The position numbers and the translations under genes are program-made. The notes under the pieces were generated by a model, which saw only the letters and a program-made list of their open reading frames with translations, was not told the origin of the DNA and did not search any database. Shown here piece after piece: positions 37,101 to 47,036 of a stretch of 64,000 nucleotides of DNA; within the stretch, counting starts at the first letter, position 1; each line of letters opens with the position of its first letter. The DNA comes from a virus. The stretch is from the IMG/VR virus record IMGVR_UViG_3300028571_000830, positions 1-64,000 of that record; one strand, 5' to 3'.

Positions 37101-40100
37101 TTAGTGTTGTATTCAAAATAAGGATTTTTAGGATTGTTAAATAATGCCCTCAAACCATTAATAAATCTAGACTCAATTTGTCTAGTAGCAGTGCTTAGGT
37201 TAGAATCCCCCACTTGCACATCTTCGTTTGCTAAAATGTTTAACATTTTAACATCAGGATTTTGTTTGTTAAAGGCAGTACTAAATGCAGCTATTAATTG
37301 TACATCATGTCTTTTTAGTAAAGACCAATCAATCTCATCAGAAGAACTCACCTTCGTCAGCCTTTTAAATAGAGTTTCATAGTTAGGGTCTTCTTTAGCC
37401 ATAGTCCTAAGCTTTTCAAGCATATCATCTGTAGATAATGCATCATGAACATTACTCATTACAGACACCCATGCTTCGCTTAGAGGTATTAGTTGTACAC
37501 CCCCTATAGATGTAGGTTTAGGCTTCCCATCTTGATTAAGTACAGGAAGTGTAGATAATAATAACTTAGTAGCACTATTAAGTTTTCTAAAGTGGTCAAT
37601 CTTATCAGCACCATCATATTCTCCTTTACCAGTTTTATCTGGATCATTAAGGTTTATACTATCATTATCATCAAACTCTACATCATATTTCTTAAGATAG
37701 ATCTCATGGGTTTTTAGAAGTTCTTCCCAATTTAATATAATAGAGTTAAATAAAGATTTGTACTTAGCAGTTTCTTTGTCTGCAGAAGCTTTTTTAGAAG
37801 CTTTTTTAGAAGCATCTTTTTCAGCTTCAGCTTCAGCTTGTGCAATATTAGACAAGCCTTTAATCTTTTCTCTTAAGTTAGCTTGTATTTTACCATACAG
37901 TTCTGTCTTATTAATAGGGGTCACTGCAAAAAGACTTTGATCATCTCTCTGCAAATAACCTAGAGTGAGAAAAGTCATATGCTGCATAATCTCATGTATC
38001 TGAGAATTAGTAAGTCCAGGTATTTCACTAAGTTCTGAACCTAAAACTATTTCAGCGTTCTCTATGTCAATGATTCCATCTTTAGCAAAAGATAGTGTAG
38101 ACTCCTCAGGGATGAATGTTTTGTAATACCCTGAACCAATTCTCTCAAATAGTTGTTTAGTATTATTAGATGCACTATCTCCAGTGAAGAAGTTCTTAAT
38201 AAAAGCTACAAGTTCTTTGAACAATCTAGAAATCAAAGACTGACCTTCCACCTTTGTGGTGGGAAGAATTCCATTATTAATATATGCTCTAAATTCTTCT
38301 GCTAGTTCTTCTTTAGCTTGTTGAGGAGTGGCTTCAGAATATTTAATTGTCTTACCTAACACTCTATCTACAAAAGAACCAGGACGATTTTTAAACTCTG
38401 AAAGTATAAGAGCCTGTTCTTTTGGATCAGTAAACATTTTCCAAATAGCCTCAAACACTTCATGATAAGCTGTACCCACTTCTGCATTTCTATAAACATA
38501 GATGGCCCCTTGGCTAAACATACCCCAGGCCTGCTTACCATTAGTAGATCTTAAAACATTCTTAACTCTATATACAGGGATGTTTGCTGGCAACACTTTC
38601 TTTAAGAAAGCCTCCACTTTATTCCAATCTTCTCCTTCATACTGATCCATAGTTTTGGAAACCATTTCACGAAGTTCTGGATCATCCGCATTTCCTTCTG
38701 TAGAATCCCAAGCATCATCTAATTGTTGATCTACAGCTGGTGTGATTTCTTCTGTAGTGATTTCTGCTTTAACTTCAGGGGCAGCTTCAATAACTGGAGC
38801 TTGGGCTGCAGCTTCTTGTTTAGCTTGTTCTAAAGCTGCAACATCTTTTGCTATCTCATTGAAAGTGTATTTAATAAGGGCAGCATTAGTTAATGCTTCT
38901 TTAGCTGTTTCCTCAGAAATAGTTTCTTCTCCAGCTCTATCAGAAATGTATTTATCAACAGCCTCTTGAGTTAAAGTTTTTTTGTAATTATCTTTAACCT
39001 TAATATCCACTTCAAAGTCTTTTAAAGTGTCAGGAGTGGCAGGATCATAAACAAATTTAATATTACCATCAAGTTTTGTTAGAGTGATGGTATTTGGAGT
39101 TTCTCCATCTAATACAAATTTTCCTTTAGGAGTTTCTGCTACAGGGGCTTTTTCTACAGGTTTTGCAGGTGTGCCAGGGGTTTGTATAGTGATGGCTTTT
39201 CCTTCAGGAGCTACATCTGTAGCCTGCTTATCAAAGTCTTTAGTATCAATGAAGAAATATATACCTGCCCTATTAGGTTGTCCCTCTTTAACAGGAGCCA
39301 TGTAAGTAGTTAGAGGAATATCTTCTGAAGCTCTATTTAAAGATAGTTTACCAGTGGCATCAGGAGCTTTATTAGACAATAAGTATGTTTGATAGTTTGG
39401 CCATACAACTGACTCATATTGTCCTTCAGAAGTTACAGAAATGATTTGCTCATATCTTTGATTGTAATAAGTGCTATCTGTTAATTTAGAATTTGTATTA
39501 GCATACATTTTCTGTAACAACATAGTGATGGTCCCTTTGTTTGCAGCTAGGTCAGTGGGTGTAAACTCTGAAACAGCCACCTCTTTACCAGACATAAAGA
39601 GTTTAAATCCTTCTGCAGTTTTATCAAACCATAAACTATTGTAGCTAGGATTTTTACCCTCTCTAGGAGTGCCCCAGTGAGTGACAGTTCTTAACCAATC
39701 AATAAGACGCATTGCTTCAGGAGAATCTGAAAGAACGAATTTACCTTTTGTGTTCTCTTCTACAATAACAGTGGCTAAACGCTGTAAGGCATCATAGATA
39801 GCATTAGCTTCTTTATCAGTGTGTTGTCTATTGTTTAAAGGTTGATAAGCATTCTTAAGTCTCAAGAAAGGTCTACCTAAAGCTTTTGAGAAAGATGTTG
39901 AACCTAAAGATATTTTCTCTTCCTGAGTGGGAACATATACCACTGGACTCTGTCTCAAGTCAGAATCTGTAATTAGTCCTGCGTCTTGTGTAGAAACTTT
40001 TGCATCATAGTCTGTTACAAATTTCTTTTTATCATCATCCCATTTTTGTACAAACTCAGGAATACCAAAAGATGCTTGTACATCATATCCTTTTAGAGAT

Positions 40101-43100
40101 GAGGAAGCTAGAGCTTCTTCTCTCCATTTAGTATAATTATAAGCACGTTTTATAACAGTCTCTTTGTTTACACTCTCTGAAAATAAGTTTTGTATACTAA
40201 GTGGGAATACCTGAAAAATCCCTTGATTATAAAGTCTCTCTACAAATTCTTCTTGGGATTCTCCTTTTTCTTTTGTTAAAGGCTTACCATTTTCATCCAC
40301 TGGAGTATATGTACCATTCTTGTTTTCAATAGCCATAACAAGAGAAACAGTTGTAGAACTATCCACATCTTCTTTACCTTGTTTTAAAAACTCTGTTAGT
40401 CCAGGAATAATTTCATCTTGGTTTGTAGAATTAACTACCACACCTTTAATTTTATTTCTGTTTGGCAAAGTGTTTAGTTTAATACCAAATTGATTTGCTC
40501 TTGCATGATAAGGAGCTTCTTCTTCCTGAGTTTCTTTAAAAGATCTTTTAGAAGGAACTATAGTGGCTCTATCAACAAGTTGTTCTGGCTTTTTAGCATC
40601 TGGTTCATAAGCCTTATCATATTGAGTATTTTGAGTACCTTGATTCAAGGTGCCCAGTATTTGTTTTACAATAGCTTCATTGTTTTTTATAAGGGCTTCT
40701 TCTGCTAGTTTTTGTTTATAAGCTTTAGCTACTGATTCAAACCTATCTAGAATAAGTTGTTTTGCTACAATCTCTTTCTGTAGTTCTACAGCATCTTTTT
40801 GGATAATATCTAAGTGTTCATTTAAATCTTTAATTCTTTGTTCATTGATAGATATATCTCCATCTTCAACATTAGTAATGAGATCATCTAGTTCAGAAAG
40901 TTCTTCTCTGTAAAGAGGTTTAACTTTTAAGAAATTAGGATTAATCTTTAAGAAATCTACAAATTCCTGTCCCATAATACGTGGAACATTTGGATACTTA
41001 GCTTCAAACTTACTAATTAAATTTGTTAAAAAATCTACAGCAGAGTCTATTGCTTTTTCTGTTTCCTTAATTAATTTTACTACTACAGAAATTTGGGCTC
41101 CTGTTTTTTCTTGAAGAAGTTCAAGGTCTAACACTTGATTATTTATCTCTTCTAAAAACTCAGAACTTTCTGTAGGGAGCACATCAATATTTTGAGCTAA
41201 GTCTGCTACATAGGCTAAGTTAAATTCAATTTCATCTTTGTCTGAATTTAAAGTTTCCATTTCTCTCTCTAGTTGCGTTTGCATTCTAGAAAGTTTCATA
41301 GCAGAAGAAAGTGCAGTTTTAGTTGCAGATTTAAAACGTACAGTGTTTTTAGATCTTTTATCTATCTCTGCGTTTGCTATTTCCTCCTCTAAAAGAGCTA
41401 AGTCTTTCTTAATTTTTGTAATTTCTTCTTGCTTTTTCTTGATTAAAGAATCTGTTTTTTCTTGATTAGAAGATAGTTCTTCAAATAAATCATTTAGGAT
41501 TTGTAATCTAAACTCTCTCTTTGCTCCAAGTCTATCATCCACTTCAGAAATAAATTCTTCTAGTACGGTCTGTTGTGCAGGAGTTAAGGTTTCTACTGAA
41601 GTGATCATAGCTTGTTTATATCCTTTTTGTGGAACAAACTGATCTCCAGTCACTTCTATAGTTTTTAGTTGTCCTTTTTTGTTGGTATAGACAAATAATA
41701 AAATACGTCCTTTTGGGTCATATTCTAATCTACCTTTAACTTTATTTCCTTTACCAAAGTTAAATTCAAATACAGTGTTTATATTTTTTAAGAAAAAATT
41801 AGCTTTCTTGTTGTTAATAGTGTCAGACACCTTTCCAAGTTTGTAGTCTGCCAATTCTTCTTTGGAGATGTTCTTTAAATTTCCCTCAGGAGTTTTTATT
41901 TGAATTGTACCATCTTCATTTTCACCTATAATAGATATAACAGGAAATCTATACACTGGATTTCCTTCAGCATCATATTTTATAGTTTTACCTAAGAAGT
42001 ATTCTGTACCTATTTCTACATCTTCTACACCATCTGCAGTTTTTAAACTGACAGTGTTTTTTTCCACCTCTCCTGTTTCTGGGTTTATTTGAGGTTCCAC
42101 TTTTACAGGCTCTATCTCCTTAAACTTTTTAGGAGAATTTTTAATATCATTATATTGATTTATAAATTCTTTTCTTAATATAGAAGCTCTTGCTAAATCT
42201 TTTAAATCTTGTAAAGAACTATCAGAATCTATATTTTTACTATCAGTTAATGTAGCTATTGCTTTATTATACTCACTATCATTATCATTTAATAAATCAT
42301 CTATAATAGTATCTGTATTTATTATTCCTGAATTATTAAGACTCATGGAAAGCTGAGGTATACGTACATCATAGTCTGCCACTTTACTTGCAGCATAAAC
42401 CATTTTGTCCATCACCTCAGAAGAATATAATTGTTTACCATCTTTATCTACAAGATTACCATATCTTAGATTTAAAGATTGATATAAAGATTTAACATTT
42501 CCAGCTGTTTGTTCTAAACTAGAAATTCTTTTTAAATATTTTTCTCTAGTATCTTCTTCAAGAACTTTTCCTTCTGATTGTAATTGAGCAAAACCTTCTT
42601 CTGTACTAGCAAGAGCTTTGTAGTCAGCAATATCTGACATTACTAAATCATATCTACCATACTTTATTCTAGGAGATAAGTAATTTATAATGTAATCAGT
42701 TTCTTTATCTTTACTTCCTGCTACATCCCCTTCTTTTAAAAGACCTTCTCTTTCTTCTTGAAGTATAGTTCCTCTATTAACAGAGTCAATAGTTTCTTTG
42801 GTAAAATCTGAAAGTTTAAACTTATTAAATTTTTGAATAGCATCTGCTGTATTTAAGGCTTTTTGTCCAGATTCTCTAAATCTACCCCTAGCTGTCATTA
42901 TAGATCCAGATAATCCACCAATCAAAACATTCTCCATACCCTCATCTGTACCCAGAGTTTGAGTAATTCCTTGGGATAGACTTTCTAAGAAATCTGTAGC
43001 ATCTCCTTTATATTTTTTATCATAATAATCATTCACACCTTTACCAATTGCAAATTGAGATCCTTCTTCAAAAGCCTCTGTTCCTGAGAATGAATATTTT

Positions 43101-44317
43101 CTAACTGTATCTAATCCTGATAAAACTTTACCAAAACCTTTCTTAGACACTTGTTCAGCGTATTCTCCTACACCAATTGTAGCTATATCTTTTATTTCTT
43201 TAGATAATGAATTGATAGCTCCTTTTTCTGCTGTATAAGTAGACCCTAATATTTTAGGAAACTGAATATAGTTGGTTGCAGATAGTAGTCCTACGTTAGC
43301 TAAGAAAGAAGCATTACCTACACTATCCGCAGCTTCATTAATTTCAGCTAAATCTGCTCCTTGAGGTTCTTGTCCAAAATTGTTTTCTTTGAACTCTCTA
43401 ATCTTTTGTTCTCTAAATTCATTTAGATTTTGAAAAGCTTCAAACCCTGCTTCTCCTGTAGTAGCTAGTCCTGCTACTAAAGCTCTTCCTCCTGGATTTA
43501 AAACATTATAACTACTTATAAACTTATCAGAAAGAGATCTTATCTTTCCATATGTATCTGCCACTTTACTCACACCTAGCAGTCCTTGTTCTGTAGCAGC
43601 TAAAGCTTCTGCAGCTTTACCCACTGAGAATAATCTAGCAGTGAGAGGAATAGCTTTTAAGCCTGCTGCAAAAGCTCCACCAGATAAGGCAGCTCCTGCT
43701 GCAAAACCTAAGTTCTTAATAATACCATCCCATAAAAAGTTAGCACTAAATAATTTTGTAGGTGAATACCATCTAGCATTCTTTTCTACATCTGTATAAT
43801 AATTAGGGGCAATGTCTTCTGCTTTTTTATTTATATCATCAACCCATCTATTTAAATCATTATCATAAAATGAAGCAGCTCTTCCATCAGCAAAACCTCT
43901 AGCAACACCATTAACTAGACCCACTGTTGATTGTAAGAATGTAGTACCTGTAAGTAATAGTCCTTTACCTACACTGTTAACCATTTTCTCAGTCCATCCT
44001 TGTCCTTGAGCATAGGCATCCTCATTATTATAATCTCCAGGAACAAAGTTATCATACCTAGGAGAACTAAGTTCTGAAAGACTTCTTTGAATAGATCCTC
44101 CAGTCATTTTTCCATCACTAGGTTTTTTAGAAAATAAAGAATTTTCTATAGCAGTTAATGAAGACACTGGTGCCTCTCTATTACCACTAGTTTTAGGCAT
44201 AGGATTATCTAAACCTCTAAATGCAACATTTGGAAGATCAGGAGAAGCTTGGGGAATATTAACATTATTAAATTGATTCTCTAATGCTGCTCTATCTACT
44301 AAAGGTTCGTCTACCAT
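31181..44317 (-). CDS. Giant (4378 aa) virion-packaged RNA polymerase polyprotein, crAss-like
   Basis: RIPTQ...GSDFDIDKL catalytic motif (DFDID at 34337-34351) as in phi14:2 gp66-type RNAPs; also a degenerate zincin AYHEVFE...EELAEEF and a C-terminal SLOG/DprA-like domain. Confidence 0.85.
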   Translation of the reverse strand: MVDEPLVDRAALENQFNNVNIPQASPDLPNVAFRGLDNPMPKTSGNREAPVSSLTAIENSLFSKKPSDGKMTGGSIQRSLSELSSPRYDNFVPGDYNNEDAYAQGQGWTEKMVNSVGKGLLLTGTTFLQSTVGLVNGVARGFADGRAASFYDNDLNRWVDDINKKAEDIAPNYYTDVEKNARWYSPTKLFSANFLWDGIIKNLGFAAGAALSGGAFAAGLKAIPLTARLFSVGKAAEALAATEQGLLGVSKVADTYGKIRSLSDKFISSYNVLNPGGRALVAGLATTGEAGFEAFQNLNEFREQKIREFKENNFGQEPQGADLAEINEAADSVGNASFLANVGLLSATNYIQFPKILGSTYTAEKGAINSLSKEIKDIATIGVGEYAEQVSKKGFGKVLSGLDTVRKYSFSGTEAFEEGSQFAIGKGVNDYYDKKYKGDATDFLESLSQGITQTLGTDEGMENVLIGGLSGSIMTARGRFRESGQKALNTADAIQKFNKFKLSDFTKETIDSVNRGTILQEEREGLLKEGDVAGSKDKETDYIINYLSPRIKYGRYDLVMSDIADYKALASTEEGFAQLQSEGKVLEEDTREKYLKRISSLEQTAGNVKSLYQSLNLRYGNLVDKDGKQLYSSEVMDKMVYAASKVADYDVRIPQLSMSLNNSGIINTDTIIDDLLNDNDSEYNKAIATLTDSKNIDSDSSLQDLKDLARASILRKEFINQYNDIKNSPKKFKEIEPVKVEPQINPETGEVEKNTVSLKTADGVEDVEIGTEYFLGKTIKYDAEGNPVYRFPVISIIGENEDGTIQIKTPEGNLKNISKEELADYKLGKVSDTINNKKANFFLKNINTVFEFNFGKGNKVKGRLEYDPKGRILLFVYTNKKGQLKTIEVTGDQFVPQKGYKQAMITSVETLTPAQQTVLEEFISEVDDRLGAKREFRLQILNDLFEELSSNQEKTDSLIKKKQEEITKIKKDLALLEEEIANAEIDKRSKNTVRFKSATKTALSSAMKLSRMQTQLEREMETLNSDKDEIEFNLAYVADLAQNIDVLPTESSEFLEEINNQVLDLELLQEKTGAQISVVVKLIKETEKAIDSAVDFLTNLISKFEAKYPNVPRIMGQEFVDFLKINPNFLKVKPLYREELSELDDLITNVEDGDISINEQRIKDLNEHLDIIQKDAVELQKEIVAKQLILDRFESVAKAYKQKLAEEALIKNNEAIVKQILGTLNQGTQNTQYDKAYEPDAKKPEQLVDRATIVPSKRSFKETQEEEAPYHARANQFGIKLNTLPNRNKIKGVVVNSTNQDEIIPGLTEFLKQGKEDVDSSTTVSLVMAIENKNGTYTPVDENGKPLTKEKGESQEEFVERLYNQGIFQVFPLSIQNLFSESVNKETVIKRAYNYTKWREEALASSSLKGYDVQASFGIPEFVQKWDDDKKKFVTDYDAKVSTQDAGLITDSDLRQSPVVYVPTQEEKISLGSTSFSKALGRPFLRLKNAYQPLNNRQHTDKEANAIYDALQRLATVIVEENTKGKFVLSDSPEAMRLIDWLRTVTHWGTPREGKNPSYNSLWFDKTAEGFKLFMSGKEVAVSEFTPTDLAANKGTITMLLQKMYANTNSKLTDSTYYNQRYEQIISVTSEGQYESVVWPNYQTYLLSNKAPDATGKLSLNRASEDIPLTTYMAPVKEGQPNRAGIYFFIDTKDFDKQATDVAPEGKAITIQTPGTPAKPVEKAPVAETPKGKFVLDGETPNTITLTKLDGNIKFVYDPATPDTLKDFEVDIKVKDNYKKTLTQEAVDKYISDRAGEETISEETAKEALTNAALIKYTFNEIAKDVAALEQAKQEAAAQAPVIEAAPEVKAEITTEEITPAVDQQLDDAWDSTEGNADDPELREMVSKTMDQYEGEDWNKVEAFLKKVLPANIPVYRVKNVLRSTNGKQAWGMFSQGAIYVYRNAEVGTAYHEVFEAIWKMFTDPKEQALILSEFKNRPGSFVDRVLGKTIKYSEATPQQAKEELAEEFRAYINNGILPTTKVEGQSLISRLFKELVAFIKNFFTGDSASNNTKQLFERIGSGYYKTFIPEESTLSFAKDGIIDIENAEIVLGSELSEIPGLTNSQIHEIMQHMTFLTLGYLQRDDQSLFAVTPINKTELYGKIQANLREKIKGLSNIAQAEAEAEKDASKKASKKASADKETAKYKSLFNSIILNWEELLKTHEIYLKKYDVEFDDNDSINLNDPDKTGKGEYDGADKIDHFRKLNSATKLLLSTLPVLNQDGKPKPTSIGGVQLIPLSEAWVSVMSNVHDALSTDDMLEKLRTMAKEDPNYETLFKRLTKVSSSDEIDWSLLKRHDVQLIAAFSTAFNKQNPDVKMLNILANEDVQVGDSNLSTATRQIESRFINGLRALFNNPKNPYFEYNTKQKAYIAKEKAFNGVKINTLEEKVKFLASLGIEFDASDLRDLEITNPSLFEKFNIATTGIKTSMTERKKIATIGSRALDINSRLLTLASIKAKIENPDFASTFYAINGEKSQTFIGTNPSSDLYKALSAYPTYESLKDSPQYSYLYTDSFAQNSVLLNSIFNIDPETKTGSKRTGGDVDQLLKPAAADGTNDQGKGKKKASSSLNFKERMVQEINMNLDGYYYNLVAGDASREYMTYMGNPITKEDMRMGYTQIHNIFRGYLIDEINLVREKRPVAKKRKNSELRFMQAILGEELSKTVLSDKTISPEEIYNKYKSKIDSAVEKFIKTESEKVYDVLEKYSIISKSDDGETHNVESLAFAQNRIISNANLDLALSTLTANYIINNIEFHKVLYSDPYQYSEELKRIKNFLSPRQAIINNSREMNSVMNRVWNEGYEPGDIGYTDFTQDYFTSTTLEDVQGVIDLPDYEPWDEGDGGGMISMKAYRNLRIRASNWNDMEELQYRYDVAWEKRDRKIPLSQEEMDLLAKRNPGVTSTYTAQKPIVAGNKGNGRPYNDVILDKFALYPLSYRVQKEIAKNGGRVSSNLLKLYDKMQLENIDYVVFNTARKVGAESPNPFYDADGKFNTTPYKGKIKVPFAIMSIQSDVPSKEEPFVTRGSQVTKLVTMDFMNAGVPIDYEKGYDEWSKLSNEERRTTSPLFREIQDNQMLLEEMTEMGYQTLLNKLGIEEKDDTYVIVDKSKAGKALNDEILRREVNSNIVQALKDFLSDKSALEATPAYSQIKSILYSLVDKYIVSPKISGGLKVQIPSTGLEEIRAEKTSINGKEGYTSDVLKFYEKDGKRVAEIMVGRWFNTNMSDEKLLEYLNNTPEGQKILSGIAFRIPTQKQNSIDSFVIKQFLPKEFGDSVVVPSALVRKVGSDFDIDKLSIYFKNVYTTAKGDLKIVPYFGIGDQAKQKIKDLIIKEDIEYVLLGERNKDLDKIEDDYDVLADRMYRKSLENAYIQSLQNLVSSEANYEQLIKPNSAKQLKDLADNITKKLGEKTFESDAVGNMLDRTFMDTLRHAFVRGKYAIGIAAVAQTNHSLNQRQPIYIDESRFANLDKQDKFWLTGGSMNPVDMTIKLPEYNKIKINGKEVPTLSMIKNAERSKKYPKGQHISDIIGQFIDGYVDISKGPWIMQLGAKPNVASTFLFLVKLGVPIDTVAFFMNQPIILDYLQEIENAGYSYLFIDSFVEAAQEKYKTSTPLPNQLPSTIKLGELVGAKEFTPEDKAVQQVALTEFLKYAKMSEQLLYVTQGTNYDTASLGDPFLVFKKSEQLERAKKSIISSADFLLENSFIRKTVDRVEKMRSALGDTIFLSDRGKVRQVLEDVLSPYTLTTNDRDFLKISRKAINDFFDWAVQLTDERNQFLKLILLSDDNAPTQITNLKNDIAQDPTHPLYDNHIVGKKGILVLKSSDRPGRANNLSIDNKDNKIYDQDQIIYSFREMRNYFISIGDLKTYKKIVAVSILQSGLSVTPYSFTSLLPYEDFQDVYGDVINSLEERTDIDLMDYYKLNVLQRNNWSDNTIVPHEKARGGISASGRWYYNMPMVSFKDTIKTAIANGQIPQLIKLSTRSRATQSDAIVYTWEANLSKKEKQEMRKIRDYSFIKRGLFVKVYNDDLKTDPVVLREKQYENFVYKMVNAWGDGFRANEFYDTERPSVFDNDFIPVQKGSYIKQYNFFGDVLEETIYTSPERTDAEIRKFLPTSIPLQEAPIQESPNMTEFNKLPSKSEVPTMTYAGIGSRQTPQEVLNQMTQVAKELTSKGYTLNTGVTFRGGEEGADAAFSKGTNKKNLFSPEKQGSRPKEQNIARELHPNPGALSPGALKLMARNTNQIFGDNLNTPVDFVLFYAQETSGIRPKGGTGQAVEMARRKGIPAINMADSNWREQLNDALQTSQPSTIIKPTIDLSKELEVRKDLSITDKDWTSETNESQDPFEC

Positions 44318-44328
44318 TATATATTATT

Positions 44329-46944
44329 TTAAAAAGGTTTTTTAGATGCATTCTTCACTCTGTTTAAATCTGCAGAGGTGGGAGCTTTATCATTGATTAA
44401 TTCATACATAGCAGCATCATTTAAGTTAATTAATGCTTCTGCTATTCTGTCTTCACTTAAAAGACCTGTACGTGGGTATGCAAGATTATCTTGCCATTGT
44501 TTTGTTTCAGGATCAAAGCCACTAACTCTAATAGAATATCCTCCATTATATTGTACTATGTTTGCTTTAACTCCATATATACTTACACTTGGAAAATCTA
44601 TAGAATTTAAAAAAGCGTTTGTATGAGAAGATTGTCCTGGAGAATATGCAGTACTATTACCTCCCATTTTTCTCATTTGTTCAAGATAGGGTTTTACCAT
44701 TTGTATTGCAGGAGAAGAATCAAACCTATTACCAAACATGGCTTTTTTTTGTTCAGGAGTCATTCTAACTTTTGTAGAACCATCCTTTCCTGTATAACTC
44801 AATTCATACATTGAAGGCTCTATTTCAGATCCCTCTACCACTTTTATAGATCCTGTTAAATTAGGATCTAAAGCTATATCTCTTGCAATACCTGGATCAA
44901 ATCCAGGAGAATTAGCAATACCTCCTTTTTGAGATTCTGCTAAGTCAGCAAATCTAGTTAAGGATGTAGCAAAACTACTTCTCTGAGCTCCAGTTCCTGT
45001 AGGAATTTCGTAATCCATAGCTTGAGAAGCTGTAAGTCTTTTTGTTACTTCTTGAGCTGTAAAATTATTTATAGCTGTTAGTTTTTCACGATAAGGTTGA
45101 TTTACAGTTTTAAAGTAATTATCTGCATTGTTTACTATTATTTTTTCATATTCAGATAAAGGTTTACTTTGTTGTTTCTTTTTATATATATTATATAAAT
45201 ATAACTCTTTATCTGATAACTCTGATTTAGCTTTATCATCATCAAAAAACAAAGACCCACTTCCTCCTGGTCCTGCTGGACCTAAATACTTACTGTATTT
45301 ATTAAAAGTTTGATTGAAGTCAACAAAATCTTTAGGAGAAAAAGAATAAGATACATTAGACATTTTTACATTAATGTTAGGAGCATTTCTAGGAATTAAA
45401 TCTGTAATGCTACCATAAGGTCTTCCTGTTTTTGGATCTATTTGTTGAGAAGCTAGTTTATTGATATCTCCAACCATAATCTTATTAGCATCTAATCTTC
45501 TTCTTTGGTTTTCTGTATTATTAAAATGTGCAGCAATACCTGGATCAACACCATTAGGATTTTTATCCCAAGCTACTTTCTGTAAGTCTAACCAGTTTTG
45601 ATCTTTACCTTCTTGTTGTAAAAAAGATCTATCTGAATTAACTATAGCTTTTTCTCCTTGCTCAATCTCTACTACCACTCTACCTAAGTTGTATTGAGGA
45701 ACATCTGAAACATCTCTACCCCCTGGCAATCCTCCATATCCAGCATCTCCTTCTGCTTTTAATCTATTAGCCTCCACCTTAGTGCCAATGTCTAACATTT
45801 GCAGTTCACGATCTTGCCTCATCTTTCTCTCATCTTGCTCAAGATTCATAACAGCTATTTTCCAAGTCTGTTCTTTAACCTCTCTTTGCATTTGCATATC
45901 TGCTAGTTCACTCTTTTCATAAGTCTTAGAAGTCTCAGTAAAAGAAAAAGCTTTTGAAAAACCATTTATGAAATTAATTGTTTCAAGTTTTGCTTTTGCA
46001 GATTCTACATCTCCCTTAGCAAATGTACTTGTTACATTTTCATATTCACTTTTCATGCTAGCCAACATTTTATCTATAGAATCTACTTGAGCTTTTAAGG
46101 TATTTTTTTCAACGTTTGAGCTAGTCTGAGAAATGGCTGCTAAGATTTCTTCTTTTTGAGCCATGAAAGATGTTTCTTTAGATTTATAAGAATTCTCAAT
46201 ACTTTGAATAAACTTATCATCAGGAATATTGGCATAGTTATACCTACCATCTATTTCCATTTGTTTAAAGTCTGCAGGGCTAAGTCCAACCATTAATGCT
46301 TGTTGAATTCTTTCTGGAGATATACCAGCCATTTTTTGACGAACAACAGCATCTGCAATTACAAGATTTCCTTTTTCATCCATTTTAAATGCATTCTCTG
46401 TAATTGTAGAATCTCCTGTTAATTGTTTAATTACTTCTAAAGCATTCTTTTTATTATTTGTATATGGAGTGTAAGAACCAGAAAAAGAAGCGTTAACATC
46501 TTCATTATTTAACCACTTACTTGCATCTTGTTTAAATATTGCATCATTAGAGGGAGAAGATTTACCTTCCTTCTGAGCATTCTGCATATCTGCCATACCT
46601 CTTCTATAAACATTTGTAGAAGACACAGCACTTTGAATAGTAGTATCTTTACCAATTTGTTTTGCCATCCCCCCTACAGAATTAACTAATTGATAATTAG
46701 AGAAATCTCCAGCAGCAACTGTTTTAAGTTTAGATCCTAGTTGATTGAGTTTAGATTGAAGATATGCTTTGTCTACATCTCTAACAACATCAAGTCCTGC
46801 AACATTATCAATGCTAGTTTGAATCTTTTCGACACCCTCATCATAGCGTTTTTGTTTTTCCATACCAACTTGAACCATTGCCTCTATAGGCAATTGTTGG
46901 ATGTATGGATTAAACTTTGGGGCAATATCTGTATATGAAGCCAT
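44329..46944 (-). CDS. Putative ejection/cargo protein
   Basis: Helical; N-terminal FNPYIQQLP...KQKRYDEG pattern typical of crAss-like cargo genes; adjacent to the RNAP. Confidence 0.6.
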   Translation of the reverse strand: MASYTDIAPKFNPYIQQLPIEAMVQVGMEKQKRYDEGVEKIQTSIDNVAGLDVVRDVDKAYLQSKLNQLGSKLKTVAAGDFSNYQLVNSVGGMAKQIGKDTTIQSAVSSTNVYRRGMADMQNAQKEGKSSPSNDAIFKQDASKWLNNEDVNASFSGSYTPYTNNKKNALEVIKQLTGDSTITENAFKMDEKGNLVIADAVVRQKMAGISPERIQQALMVGLSPADFKQMEIDGRYNYANIPDDKFIQSIENSYKSKETSFMAQKEEILAAISQTSSNVEKNTLKAQVDSIDKMLASMKSEYENVTSTFAKGDVESAKAKLETINFINGFSKAFSFTETSKTYEKSELADMQMQREVKEQTWKIAVMNLEQDERKMRQDRELQMLDIGTKVEANRLKAEGDAGYGGLPGGRDVSDVPQYNLGRVVVEIEQGEKAIVNSDRSFLQQEGKDQNWLDLQKVAWDKNPNGVDPGIAAHFNNTENQRRRLDANKIMVGDINKLASQQIDPKTGRPYGSITDLIPRNAPNINVKMSNVSYSFSPKDFVDFNQTFNKYSKYLGPAGPGGSGSLFFDDDKAKSELSDKELYLYNIYKKKQQSKPLSEYEKIIVNNADNYFKTVNQPYREKLTAINNFTAQEVTKRLTASQAMDYEIPTGTGAQRSSFATSLTRFADLAESQKGGIANSPGFDPGIARDIALDPNLTGSIKVVEGSEIEPSMYELSYTGKDGSTKVRMTPEQKKAMFGNRFDSSPAIQMVKPYLEQMRKMGGNSTAYSPGQSSHTNAFLNSIDFPSVSIYGVKANIVQYNGGYSIRVSGFDPETKQWQDNLAYPRTGLLSEDRIAEALINLNDAAMYELINDKAPTSADLNRVKNASKKPF

Positions 46945-46960
46945 AGTCTTTAGGGATGAG

Positions 46961-46968
46961 CAAATTTA
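46961..46968 (-). promoter_or_regulatory. Bacteroidota-type -7 element (TAAATTTG)
   Basis: TAnnTTTG 16 nt upstream of ATG 46944. Confidence 0.5.
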
Positions 46969-47006
46969 ACTTAAAGTATTATATCTTACAAGTATAATAA
47001 CTGTTT

Positions 47007-47036
47007 TAGGTAATTTGCTATAATTGAATTAATTAT
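47007..47036. promoter_or_regulatory. Copy 2 of the 30-bp repeated intergenic motif
   Basis: TAGGTAATTTGCTATAATTGAATTAATTAT. Confidence 0.6.
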
